DNA of 47,427 nucleotides from Candidatus Aenigmatarchaeota archaeon (GCA_043799385.1 JAZDNV010000009.1:1-47427); one strand, 5' to 3'. Counted from the first letter of the stretch, positions 29,430-38,191 are shown. Made by a program: numbers and translations. The notes: generated by a model not told the origin, from the letters alone.

Positions 29430-29522
29430 ATAATCTTCGTAAGCAAGATGACGTAAAACAGAATGACGCCAAAGGCGTCCGTGTGTTTGCATCTGTGTGT
29501 TTTCGAAGATTAATCAAGAAAA
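29430..29522 (+). repeat. Family B palindromic element with a doubly nested core, directly 3' of tRNA-Cys
   Basis: TAATCTTCG...ATGACGCCAAAGGCGTCC...CGAAGATTAATCAAGAAA, near-identical to the tRNA-Lys D-loop intron. Confidence 0.85.
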
Positions 29523-29527
29523 GTGAA

Positions 29528-30025
29528 ATGATGAGGGCACTAATAATTTTGTTTGTCGCTGTGGTATTGATTGCAGCGATTATCTTCGTTAATTCGTGCT
29601 ACAGCACGCCAATGAAAATAATATCGACGCCGGACGTGTCGAAAGTGGGTTACGTTCCTGTGGATGTGCAGATGGACGGAACAAGCATTATCTTCTCAGC
29701 TGATTGCTACTCGATATCGATGGAAATAACAGACGAGCAGGCGTATTCGATAAAAAGCGCGCTGGAAAAAAAGATTGTATCACGGCCGCTGACGCACGAC
29801 ATAATAAAAGACATGCTGGAGGGCTTTGACTTCAAGATTCTAATGATCAGGATAGAATCGTATAACGATGAGATATACTATGCAAGGATAATCCTTCAGA
29901 AGGGTGACAAAGTCCTTGAGATGGATTCGCGCCCCAGCGACGCGACTGCGATAGCGATAAGGATGGACGAGAAGATTTATTTCAGCGAGGATTTGCTGAA
30001 AACTTACGGAACAAAGAGCTGTTGA
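29528..30025 (+). CDS. Bifunctional nuclease (DUF151/BFN) domain protein with N-terminal membrane anchor or signal
   Basis: RPLTHD and DSRPSDATAIA motifs; hydrophobic N-terminus; start at ATG 29528. Confidence 0.85.
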   Translation: MMRALIILFVAVVLIAAIIFVNSCYSTPMKIISTPDVSKVGYVPVDVQMDGTSIIFSADCYSISMEITDEQAYSIKSALEKKIVSRPLTHDIIKDMLEGFDFKILMIRIESYNDEIYYARIILQKGDKVLEMDSRPSDATAIAIRMDEKIYFSEDLLKTYGTKSC

Positions 30026-30026
30026 T

Positions 30027-30794
30027 ATGGGAAAAAAGAAAGAAATCAAGATAAGATATTCAAATTTTATTTTTGTATTCACCGTGATATTCATGGTCGG
30101 CTTCATTCTCGGCACCCATCTTTCTCCGCTGAAAGAGAAAATAGTCGAAAAAGAAATCGTGCGGTATATAACCAATACTACAGGCGAAAGAAGCGTCGAG
30201 ATGCTCGTGCCTGCGGTCAACGCAGACGGCAACGGAGTTGCCGCGAAGCTGATAACAACTGTTCGTCCGGGCTCAGGCTCGCTGCTTGTCAGCGTTAACG
30301 ATGTGCTTGCACAATATGACACACAGTTATCCGGCCGCATGGCAGCGGAAGTGGCAGGCAATTACACTGGCAAAGACATGAATTCGTATGACGTGATATA
30401 CTCAATAGAGGTGAACGCCTCGGCGATAGAGGGCCCTTCTGCCGGAGCTGCGATGACGGTATCGATAATATCCGCTCTGCAAGGCATGGTTTTGAACAAG
30501 AGCGTCATGATAACCGGAGCAATCTATGAGGACGGCACGATTGGCCAAGCCGGAGCGATATACGAAAAGATGCTCGCTGCAAAGGATAACGGCATCACTA
30601 CGTTTCTAATTCCAGTCAACCAGTCGATTGATTACGCTGTCAAGCGCGATAAGAAATGCGAGATGCTTGGCAAAACAGAATACTGCAAGATAAATTATAT
30701 CCACGACAGGTCGATAATCGGCGATGAGATAAACATGACCGTGATCGAAGTAGGCAATATCGGCGATGCGGTGAAGTATTTCTTTTTAAAGTAA
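30027..30794 (+). CDS. Membrane-anchored S16 (Lon-type) Ser-Lys protease without ATPase domain
   Basis: EGPSAGAAM, ITGAIYEDGTIG and YEKMLAA motifs; N-terminal TM. Confidence 0.88.
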   Translation: MGKKKEIKIRYSNFIFVFTVIFMVGFILGTHLSPLKEKIVEKEIVRYITNTTGERSVEMLVPAVNADGNGVAAKLITTVRPGSGSLLVSVNDVLAQYDTQLSGRMAAEVAGNYTGKDMNSYDVIYSIEVNASAIEGPSAGAAMTVSIISALQGMVLNKSVMITGAIYEDGTIGQAGAIYEKMLAAKDNGITTFLIPVNQSIDYAVKRDKKCEMLGKTEYCKINYIHDRSIIGDEINMTVIEVGNIGDAVKYFFLK

Positions 30795-30812
30795 AAATGA
30801 TAAGTTTTGGTT

Positions 30813-31289
30813 ATGAACCACCCAATGAAGATAGGGCTGAGCTTTGGGCTGACATCCGGCATAATAACTACGCTCGGATTGATTGTTGGCCTTCATTCAA
30901 GCACGCACTCAAGCCTCATAATTATCGGCGGTATAATCACCATAGCGGTCGCCGACGCATTCTCTGACGCAATGGGAATACATATATCTGAAGAAGCTGA
31001 GAACAAGCACACGCACAGCGAAGTCTGGCAAGCCACGTTCGCGACGTTCTTGTCCAAGTTTGTTGTCGCACTCACGTTCATTGCACCGGCATTGCTGCTG
31101 GAATTATCAACAGCCATCTTAGTGAGCATAGCATGGGGCTTATTGCTTCTTGGTATATTCAGTTATATAATTGCGAATGAGCAGAAGGAAAATCCATGGA
31201 AAGTCGTAGGCGAGCACATCATAATCGCGTTGATAGTCATAGTCATAACCCATTTCGTCGGCGACTGGGTTTCGGTTATGTTTGGCTAG
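30813..31289 (+). CDS. VIT1/CCC1-family membrane protein (short form)
   Basis: FGLTSGIITTLG and IAVADAFSDAMGIHISEE motifs; five hydrophobic segments. Confidence 0.8.
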   Translation: MNHPMKIGLSFGLTSGIITTLGLIVGLHSSTHSSLIIIGGIITIAVADAFSDAMGIHISEEAENKHTHSEVWQATFATFLSKFVVALTFIAPALLLELSTAILVSIAWGLLLLGIFSYIIANEQKENPWKVVGEHIIIALIVIVITHFVGDWVSVMFG

Positions 31290-31292
31290 AGC

Positions 31293-32321
31293 ATGCTTAT
31301 GAATATCTACAAAAAAAGATGGAAAAATGTAAAAGAGAGATTGGACGGCGACGTTTTCATAGCAAAAAATTACGGCAATATAAAATACCTGTCGTATGCT
31401 GATATTCCTGATGAGATATTCTATTTCTTGATAATGCCCAAGGACGGCCAACCGATTGCAGTTACGTCTGCATTGGACGAAAATAGAGCAAGGGGCAGCG
31501 CAATAAAGGATATCAGAACGATTGGCGACCTGCCATACGTCCAAACGTATGAAAAGAAATACAACAAAGTTTTGAAAAGAATTTTAAAAGAGATTGGCGC
31601 AAAAAAAATTGTTTCTGATTCGAAGATCGGGGTAAAATCAAAAATAAAAGATATTGTCAGGGACATGCGCATTCAGAAAGAGGACGAAGAAATAAGAATG
31701 CTCCGAAAGGCAACGGACATTGTAAAAAAGGTCGCGGATGAATTGGATGATATCGTCCGTGTTGGAAGAAGCGAAATAGAAATTGCCGAAGAGCTGAATC
31801 GCATAATGATTAAGCATGGCTCGCGGATGATATGGCCGCAGATAATTTCGGCAGGAAAGAATTCTGCGTATCCTCACCACTATCCGACTGATAAAATCAT
31901 CAAGAAAGGCGAAGTCGTTGTGTGCGATTTCGGCGCATACTACAAAGGTTATTTTTCTGATGTGACTAGAACTATTCTAAACGGCGATAAAAAAATGAAA
32001 AAGATATACGACATCGTTCTTGAGTCTCATGAAAAAGCGATAAAATCCGTTGCAGTTAATGAAAAATTCAAAAATATCGACATGGTCGCGAGAAACGTTA
32101 TTCAGAATCATAACCTAGGCAAATATTTTGTCCATTCATTGGGTCATGGATTAGGCTTGGAAATTCATGAATCGCCATCCATATCGCCGAAATCAAAAGA
32201 CATCGTCAGAAAAAATATGGTTTTCACAATTGAGCCTGGCATATATATTCCCGGCAAAGGCGGCGTGCGAATCGAAGACGACATACTCGTCGGGAATGAT
32301 GTAAAGATATTAACGCGATGA
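31293..32321 (+). CDS. Xaa-Pro peptidase (M24B)
   Basis: DFGA..KGYFSDVTRT, HSLGHGLGLEIHE, EPGIY and GVRIEDD motifs. Confidence 0.92.
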   Translation: MLMNIYKKRWKNVKERLDGDVFIAKNYGNIKYLSYADIPDEIFYFLIMPKDGQPIAVTSALDENRARGSAIKDIRTIGDLPYVQTYEKKYNKVLKRILKEIGAKKIVSDSKIGVKSKIKDIVRDMRIQKEDEEIRMLRKATDIVKKVADELDDIVRVGRSEIEIAEELNRIMIKHGSRMIWPQIISAGKNSAYPHHYPTDKIIKKGEVVVCDFGAYYKGYFSDVTRTILNGDKKMKKIYDIVLESHEKAIKSVAVNEKFKNIDMVARNVIQNHNLGKYFVHSLGHGLGLEIHESPSISPKSKDIVRKNMVFTIEPGIYIPGKGGVRIEDDILVGNDVKILTR

Positions 32322-32357
32322 TAATTAAGAATATGAAGAAAAAAAGAAATCAAAAAT

Positions 32358-32513
32358 TTATTTCCCTGCCAATTTCTTGGCCTTAACAAACGCCCATATT
32401 TTTTTTGTCATTTCGCTTGGCGCTATCTTTCCCTTGCCGAATACATCTTCTACTGTTTCTTTTCTTCCGGCAAAGCAAATTGTATAACCACCAAATGCTT
32501 TCTTTGCTGCCAT
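32358..32513 (-). CDS. Basic microprotein resembling a truncated SWIB/MDM2 domain (51 aa; not in ORF track)
   Basis: MAAKKAFGGYTICFAGRKETVEDVFGKGKIAPSEMTKKIWAFVKAKKLAGK*; SD-like GGTG and TATA-like TTTAAATA upstream. Confidence 0.75.
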   Translation of the reverse strand: MAAKKAFGGYTICFAGRKETVEDVFGKGKIAPSEMTKKIWAFVKAKKLAGK

Positions 32514-32637
32514 TTAAACACCAATTATAATTGTTATCAAAATTTATTTAAACGAGAAATGCAATTTAGGTTGTTTCTTTTAAGAAGCAAATAATCGGAT
32601 TGAAGTCTTTTTAACGATTATAGAACATTATTCTGCT

Positions 32638-34269
32638 ATGGATGAGCTTGTTAGGAAATACGCCTTGATCAACGCTGTTGAACATGACGGCAAAGCAATC
32701 GCAAAGAGCATTCTTGGAAAACTCTTGGCCGATTATCCGGAGCTTCGATCAAAGGTTTTGGAACTCAACTCAAAAATAGAAGAAGAGATAAACGAGATAA
32801 ACTACTGGAGCAGGGAGAAGCAAAAAGAAGAGCTGGAAAAACTCGGTGGCTATGCGCCAACGGCAAGAATAGAGAAGAAAGGCCTGCCTGAACTCGATCT
32901 GAGCAGAGAGAAGTTCACTGTTAGATTCGCGCCTAATCCTGACGGAGCGCTGCACTTAGGCAACGCACGGCCAGCGGTGCTGTGCGACGATTATGCAAGA
33001 AAGTACAATGGCAAATTCATTCTTCGTTTCGATGACACTGACCCGAAAGTAAAAATACCGGAGAAAATCTTTTACAAATGGATAAGGGAGGACCTGAAGT
33101 GGCTCAAGATAACGTGGAACCAAGAGATAATTGCAAGCAGACGGTTGAATATCTATTACAAATACGCAGAGAAATTAATCCGCCTCGGCAAAGCCTATGT
33201 CTGCACTTGTGGTGAGGAATGGAAAAAATTGCGAGATAAGTCGCAGCCATGCTCCTGCAGGAACGACCAAAACCAGATAAAAAGATGGAAAAAAATGTTA
33301 AAGCACGGCTACAAGGAAGGCCAGGCCGTTCTTCGCGTCAAAACGGATTTGGATGCAAAGAACCCTGCTGTGCGCGACTGGGCAGCAATGAGGATAGTCG
33401 ATAAGCCGCATCATCCGTTTAGCAAGAAGAAAGTATGGCCATTGTATAATTTTGCCTCGGCAATAGATGACCGTCTCTGCAAGATAACGCACATATTTCG
33501 TGGTCAGGAACATGCAACCAATGAGGTGAAGCAGCGATTTCTCTATGAGCATTTCAAATGGGAATACCCGGATGTTGTCATACTCGGCAGATTCTCGCTA
33601 TCAGACAGCGTTCTGAGCAAGAGCGCAACCCGTGAAGGAATTGCCAACGGCGAGTATTCCGGATGGGATGATTTGAAGATAGGAACGCTGCGCGCTTTGA
33701 GAAGACGCGGCTACCAGACCGAAGCGATTCGCCAGATAATAACCGAGATAGGACCAAAGCCGAGCGACATAACAATATCCATGGAAAACCTGTCTGCATA
33801 CAACAGGAAGGCAATCGACAAATCCGCGAACCGTTATTTCTTCATACCGAATCCGAAAAGGATTGAGATAAAGAACATGACAATAAAAAAAACCAAGATA
33901 GCAATGCATCCAGAATATAAAAGGGGCTACAGGAACTTCAAGATAGGTAAGATATTTTATATTGACAGTAAGGATTTTGATAAGTATAAAGGACTGGAAG
34001 TAAGACTAAAAGACCTCTGCAACATAAACTTGAACGAAAAATCGACGTTTACAGGCGTGGAACTGAAACCAGTACCAAAAATACAGTGGGTTCCGGAAAA
34101 ACATATTGAGGTGCGCGTGCTTCTGCCGCGAAAGGAGATAAAAGGCTATGGAGAACTCAATCTAGCCAGGGCAAAGATTGGTGAAATCGTGCAATTGGAA
34201 AGATTCGGTTTCGTAAAGATAGAGAAGAAGAGTAAGAGCAACATCATTGCAGTGTTTGCACACGAATAG
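32638..34269 (+). CDS. gltX: Glutamyl-tRNA synthetase (archaeal type)
   Basis: RFAPNPDGALHLGN, RFDDTDP, THIFRGQEH, LSKS, GWDD and QLERFGF motifs. Confidence 0.95.
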   Translation: MDELVRKYALINAVEHDGKAIAKSILGKLLADYPELRSKVLELNSKIEEEINEINYWSREKQKEELEKLGGYAPTARIEKKGLPELDLSREKFTVRFAPNPDGALHLGNARPAVLCDDYARKYNGKFILRFDDTDPKVKIPEKIFYKWIREDLKWLKITWNQEIIASRRLNIYYKYAEKLIRLGKAYVCTCGEEWKKLRDKSQPCSCRNDQNQIKRWKKMLKHGYKEGQAVLRVKTDLDAKNPAVRDWAAMRIVDKPHHPFSKKKVWPLYNFASAIDDRLCKITHIFRGQEHATNEVKQRFLYEHFKWEYPDVVILGRFSLSDSVLSKSATREGIANGEYSGWDDLKIGTLRALRRRGYQTEAIRQIITEIGPKPSDITISMENLSAYNRKAIDKSANRYFFIPNPKRIEIKNMTIKKTKIAMHPEYKRGYRNFKIGKIFYIDSKDFDKYKGLEVRLKDLCNINLNEKSTFTGVELKPVPKIQWVPEKHIEVRVLLPRKEIKGYGELNLARAKIGEIVQLERFGFVKIEKKSKSNIIAVFAHE

Positions 34270-34313
34270 ACTTATAAACTTTTTCTGTGTAGTTTTAACA
34301 AAATGGTGGTAAC

Positions 34314-35660
34314 ATGGTAGTCGTTACTAAAATCGGCGGCAAATCTCAGAATACGCATGAGATGGTTGAAGAATTTGCCGAAGGACTAAGAAATAAATTC
34401 GGCAAAGAAGAGCGGCTGATTGTAGTTACATCTGCCATAGGCAGAACTACGGATGAGCTTCTAGATGCGATTAAAGAAAGAAGCGGAATATCCTTGATTT
34501 TAGATGCGCATAGGGAACGCTTTTACAAATCAGACGGAAACGAGCAAGCCTACAGAAAAATTGAGGACGATTTCATAACGCTTTATAACGCATATACACT
34601 GACGCCTTCACCACAACTAAAAGCCGCGCTCCTGATGCAACCTGAACGATTGGCATCTTTTCTGATGGCAAACGTCTCAAAGAAGGTAAAAGAAAGAAAA
34701 ACGTTATGGATTGATTTCTACGACAGAAGATTTCCTTTGATTGCAGCAGAAGGTGATACTAATTATCTTAGCGCGAGCGTTGACCCCACTAGTTCGAAAA
34801 GATTGTCAGTAGGAACAGATGTGTTGCTGCAAAAATACGATATATTCATACCAGGCTTCGGCGGGGTTTCGTACAAGAATGGAGGGACCGTAACAAAAAC
34901 GTTCGGCCGCGGCGGCTCTGACGAGGCTGCGTTTGGCTGCGGTTATATTTTTGGCGCTGATGAAATCTGGATATGCTCTGACGTTGAAGGGATAAAACGA
35001 GCGATTATAGATGGCAATGAAACGGAAACAATACCTTACCTTGACATAGAGGAAGCAGAGGCAGGCGCGTTCCTAGGAGCGAAGCTGCCAAATCAGCAGG
35101 CATTGATGCCCTTGGAAGAATCTTACAAGAACGGATGGAAGCCAAAAGTTTATGTGGCTCACGCGCAAAATCTAAACGGCAAAAAAACAGAGATAGGGCC
35201 TTCGCTCGACAACCAGCCGGCAAAACTTGTTGCAGGAAGAGATATAGTAATTTATTATACAATAGAAGGGTCGCCTTATGATTTACTTAATTTAGAGAGA
35301 GAACTTGTGGAAGCTGGAATAGACTCTCATAGGGTTATAGTTGGCGGTAGGGCAGATATAGCTATTTTTGGAAAAGGTAGTGATTTGGAGGACGTGGATA
35401 ATATTGTAAAAAAATACGAAAAAGGATTGCGCGTAAAAAGAGATACCGACCGTGCAATCGTAGGCGTTGTCGGCTCTGGTATGGAAACTGTCCCAGGTAT
35501 AAACTCAAGAGTAGCAGAAACCTTGTATAAAAATGGCGTAAATGTATTTCTGTCAAGTGATTATGGAGGTTCGTCTGTTGTTTCTATCATATCCAAAGGA
35601 CATAGACCAAAAGCAATGTCTTCTCTCTACGAAGCTCTATCATCCATAAGAGGTTCGTAA
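34314..35660 (+). CDS. Aspartate kinase-like protein with C-terminal ACT domain (divergent)
   Basis: KIGG, VVTSA...TTDELL, TFGRGGSD, SDVEG, GAK and VGVVGSGM..VPG motifs. Confidence 0.8.
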   Translation: MVVVTKIGGKSQNTHEMVEEFAEGLRNKFGKEERLIVVTSAIGRTTDELLDAIKERSGISLILDAHRERFYKSDGNEQAYRKIEDDFITLYNAYTLTPSPQLKAALLMQPERLASFLMANVSKKVKERKTLWIDFYDRRFPLIAAEGDTNYLSASVDPTSSKRLSVGTDVLLQKYDIFIPGFGGVSYKNGGTVTKTFGRGGSDEAAFGCGYIFGADEIWICSDVEGIKRAIIDGNETETIPYLDIEEAEAGAFLGAKLPNQQALMPLEESYKNGWKPKVYVAHAQNLNGKKTEIGPSLDNQPAKLVAGRDIVIYYTIEGSPYDLLNLERELVEAGIDSHRVIVGGRADIAIFGKGSDLEDVDNIVKKYEKGLRVKRDTDRAIVGVVGSGMETVPGINSRVAETLYKNGVNVFLSSDYGGSSVVSIISKGHRPKAMSSLYEALSSIRGS

Positions 35661-35664
35661 AAAC

Positions 35665-35674
35665 TTATTAAATA
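35665..35674 (+). promoter_or_regulatory. TATA box for rbcL (leaderless spacing)
   Basis: TTATTAAATA preceded by an A-run, about 25 nt before ATG 35695. Confidence 0.5.
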
Positions 35675-35694
35675 TTAGAAGTCATATTCTTATC

Positions 35695-36906
35695 ATGTCC
35701 TATGTTGACCTCAATTACAAGCCAAAACAAGATATAGTCTGCGATTTCTACGCAGAGCCGTCTAATCGAAAAACGTGCGAAGCAATAGCAGCAGAATCGT
35801 CGATTGGCACGTGGACAGACGTTGCAACGGCAAAGCCATATGTCAAGAAATTGGCTGCAAAGGTTTTTTCAATCGATAAAAATAGAATCAAAATCGCATA
35901 CCCTATTGAGCTATTCGAGTACGACAACGTTCCGCAAATACTCAGCAGCGTTGCCGGCAATATTTTTGGCATGAAGGCTGTCAATAATCTGCGGTTGGAA
36001 GACATTCATCTCCCAGAGAAAATCGTCCGCTCATACGATGGTCCGAAATTCGGCATAGCAGGAATAAGAAAGATACTGCGCGTCAGGAAGCGGCCGCTAG
36101 TCGGAACGATAGTAAAACCGAAACTCGGCCTGAATACAAAAGACCATGCCAAAGTCGCGTACGACGCCTGGATAGGTGGTTGTGATATTGTAAAAGACGA
36201 TGAGAATCTGAGCAACCAGAGATTCAATCCATTCAAAGCGCGCGTCATAGAAACGCTGAGAATGCGCGACCACGCGGAGAAAGAGACGGGCGAACGGAAA
36301 GTCTACATGCCAAACGTTACCGCAGAAACGAAAGAAATGCTCAGACGTGCAGCGTTTGTGAAGAAAAACAACGGCGAATACGTCATGGTCGATATTATAA
36401 CCTGCGGCTTCTCATCGCTGCAATCGCTGCGCAATCAGGATTTGAATCTGGTCATTCACGCTCACCGTGCGATGCACGCGGCGATAACAAGAAATAAAAA
36501 GCATGGCATAAGCATGCTCGTGATTGCGAAACTAGCAAGACTGATTGGCGTCGACCAGCTGCACACAGGCACTATTGTTGGGAAATTAGAGGGCGGAAAA
36601 GAAGTTATTGATATTGACAACGAATTGAAGAAAAAGTGGTACCGAATAAAGCCTACGTTTCCCGTCTGCTCTGGCGGATTATCGCCACTGCACGTTCCGC
36701 AATTGATGAAATTTTTCGGTCGCGACATTATAATACAGATGGGCGGTGGTATTCACGGTCATCCCTCAGGCACTTTAGCCGGGGCGAGAGCTGTAAGACA
36801 GGCAGTTGACGCAACGATGAGCGGCGCTTCGCTTAAGGATTATTCAAAGAAACATCACGAACTTGCGGCAGCTCTGCAGAAATGGGGAGTAAGGAGTTAC
36901 GAATAA
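35695..36906 (+). CDS. rbcL: RuBisCO large chain, form III
   Basis: AAESSIGTWT, GTIVKPKLG, catalytic GCDIVKDDE, HAHRAMHAA, HTGT..GKLEG, SGG and GGGIHGHP motifs; no small subunit. Confidence 0.95.
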   Translation: MSYVDLNYKPKQDIVCDFYAEPSNRKTCEAIAAESSIGTWTDVATAKPYVKKLAAKVFSIDKNRIKIAYPIELFEYDNVPQILSSVAGNIFGMKAVNNLRLEDIHLPEKIVRSYDGPKFGIAGIRKILRVRKRPLVGTIVKPKLGLNTKDHAKVAYDAWIGGCDIVKDDENLSNQRFNPFKARVIETLRMRDHAEKETGERKVYMPNVTAETKEMLRRAAFVKKNNGEYVMVDIITCGFSSLQSLRNQDLNLVIHAHRAMHAAITRNKKHGISMLVIAKLARLIGVDQLHTGTIVGKLEGGKEVIDIDNELKKKWYRIKPTFPVCSGGLSPLHVPQLMKFFGRDIIIQMGGGIHGHPSGTLAGARAVRQAVDATMSGASLKDYSKKHHELAAALQKWGVRSYE

Positions 36907-36924
36907 AATTCTACGTGATTTGCT

Positions 36925-38109
36925 ATGAAATTTCCAAAAGTCGAGAGAGAGAACTTCGTATTGTTCTTTGTAACATTCTTCATGGGCCTCAGCCTTGGCA
37001 TAACAGGGCCAATACTGCCTGAAATACGCAGCGAATTCAACCTAACGTATTCGACGGTCGCGCTGGTGCTTTCAAGCTTCGGCTTCGCAAGGCTTATTCT
37101 AACGCTGCCGTCCGGCTATCTATACGGAAGAACGAGCAGAAAACGACTGCTCAGCATTGGCATTACTCTATTGGCAGTAGGCGCTGCCATTGCAGGTTTA
37201 TCTCACTCATTCGTCGAATTCATAGTTTCCCAGGTTATCATGGGCGCCGGGTTCTCGATATGCCTGATGACCATCATGATATCATTATCTACGTCTGCAA
37301 CTGTCAAGAACAGGGGAAGCGTCCTTGGCATGAACGCCTTTTCAAGAACAGCCGCTTCGGTTGTAGCGCCCATCATAGCAGGTTTCATAGCAGTGGCTTT
37401 CAACTGGAGGTATGCATTTTTATTCTATGCAATCGTGATGCTGTTTTTCCTCGCGCTTGTTTTCACGACAATGTTCAAGGATAAGAAAATCGTTTCAAAG
37501 GACAACAGCAGCAAGTACAGACCGAGCAATGCGATAATTTCTGTCTTCTTTGCAATCTTTATAATATTCATCGTAGGAGCAGGATTCCGCGGCACGATTA
37601 TACCATTGTACAGCAGAGACGTACTTAACATGAACACAGCAGCAATAGGCATGGTCATGTCCGTCTCTTCATTGATATATTTGTTCATAGGACCGGCATC
37701 CGCTTTTCTTTCGGATAGACATGGCAGAAAGTTCTTCCTGTCGCTGGGAATTCTGCTCACTGCAGTAAGCCTGGTCATGTTCCTATTCATAACTACTGTA
37801 ACACACCTGGTCATCCTATCGATTGTTCTCGGCTTCAGCATGATAACATATGTCATACCTGCGGCAATGATAGGCGATATGACAAGAAACATAAAAAAGG
37901 ATTTCAGCATAATGCGTTTCGTGAGCGAGCTTGGCTTCGTCTTCGGCCCTGTTATATTAGGTGTCGTTGCTGATGTCTACGGATTCAAGGCAACAGCCAT
38001 CGTCGCATGCGTTCTGACAGTGCTTTCGTTTATCGCAATAGAGATATTCGTCAAGGAAGAGAAGCATCATCTGAACTGGAGAAAAGTCCTACAGCTCAGC
38101 GAGGATTAG
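36925..38109 (+). CDS. MFS transporter
   Basis: About 12 hydrophobic segments; motif-A-like LSDRHGRK. Confidence 0.9.
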   Translation: MKFPKVERENFVLFFVTFFMGLSLGITGPILPEIRSEFNLTYSTVALVLSSFGFARLILTLPSGYLYGRTSRKRLLSIGITLLAVGAAIAGLSHSFVEFIVSQVIMGAGFSICLMTIMISLSTSATVKNRGSVLGMNAFSRTAASVVAPIIAGFIAVAFNWRYAFLFYAIVMLFFLALVFTTMFKDKKIVSKDNSSKYRPSNAIISVFFAIFIIFIVGAGFRGTIIPLYSRDVLNMNTAAIGMVMSVSSLIYLFIGPASAFLSDRHGRKFFLSLGILLTAVSLVMFLFITTVTHLVILSIVLGFSMITYVIPAAMIGDMTRNIKKDFSIMRFVSELGFVFGPVILGVVADVYGFKATAIVACVLTVLSFIAIEIFVKEEKHHLNWRKVLQLSED

Positions 38110-38191
38110 CTTTGCACAAAAAGTGATTCTCGCATTCATCGATTGGTAAGCTATCACGTCTACGTGATAGCTTAATTTTTGTGCAAAGCTA
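38107..38191. repeat. Dispersed palindromic element, family A, copy 3
   Basis: Perfect 16-bp terminal IR TAGCTTTGCACAAAAA; internal TAAGCTATCACGT/ACGTGATAGCTTA. Confidence 0.85.

Noticed and set aside
20800..29430. Integrated element bounded by the 5S/tRNA region and tRNA-Cys
   Set aside because: No integrase and no duplicated tRNA 3' end (att site) found.
29270..29527. N-terminal extension of the 251-aa ORF in the track
   Set aside because: It runs through the tRNA-Cys intron, 3' exon and the palindromic element; ATG 29528 gives a sensible signal-anchored protein.
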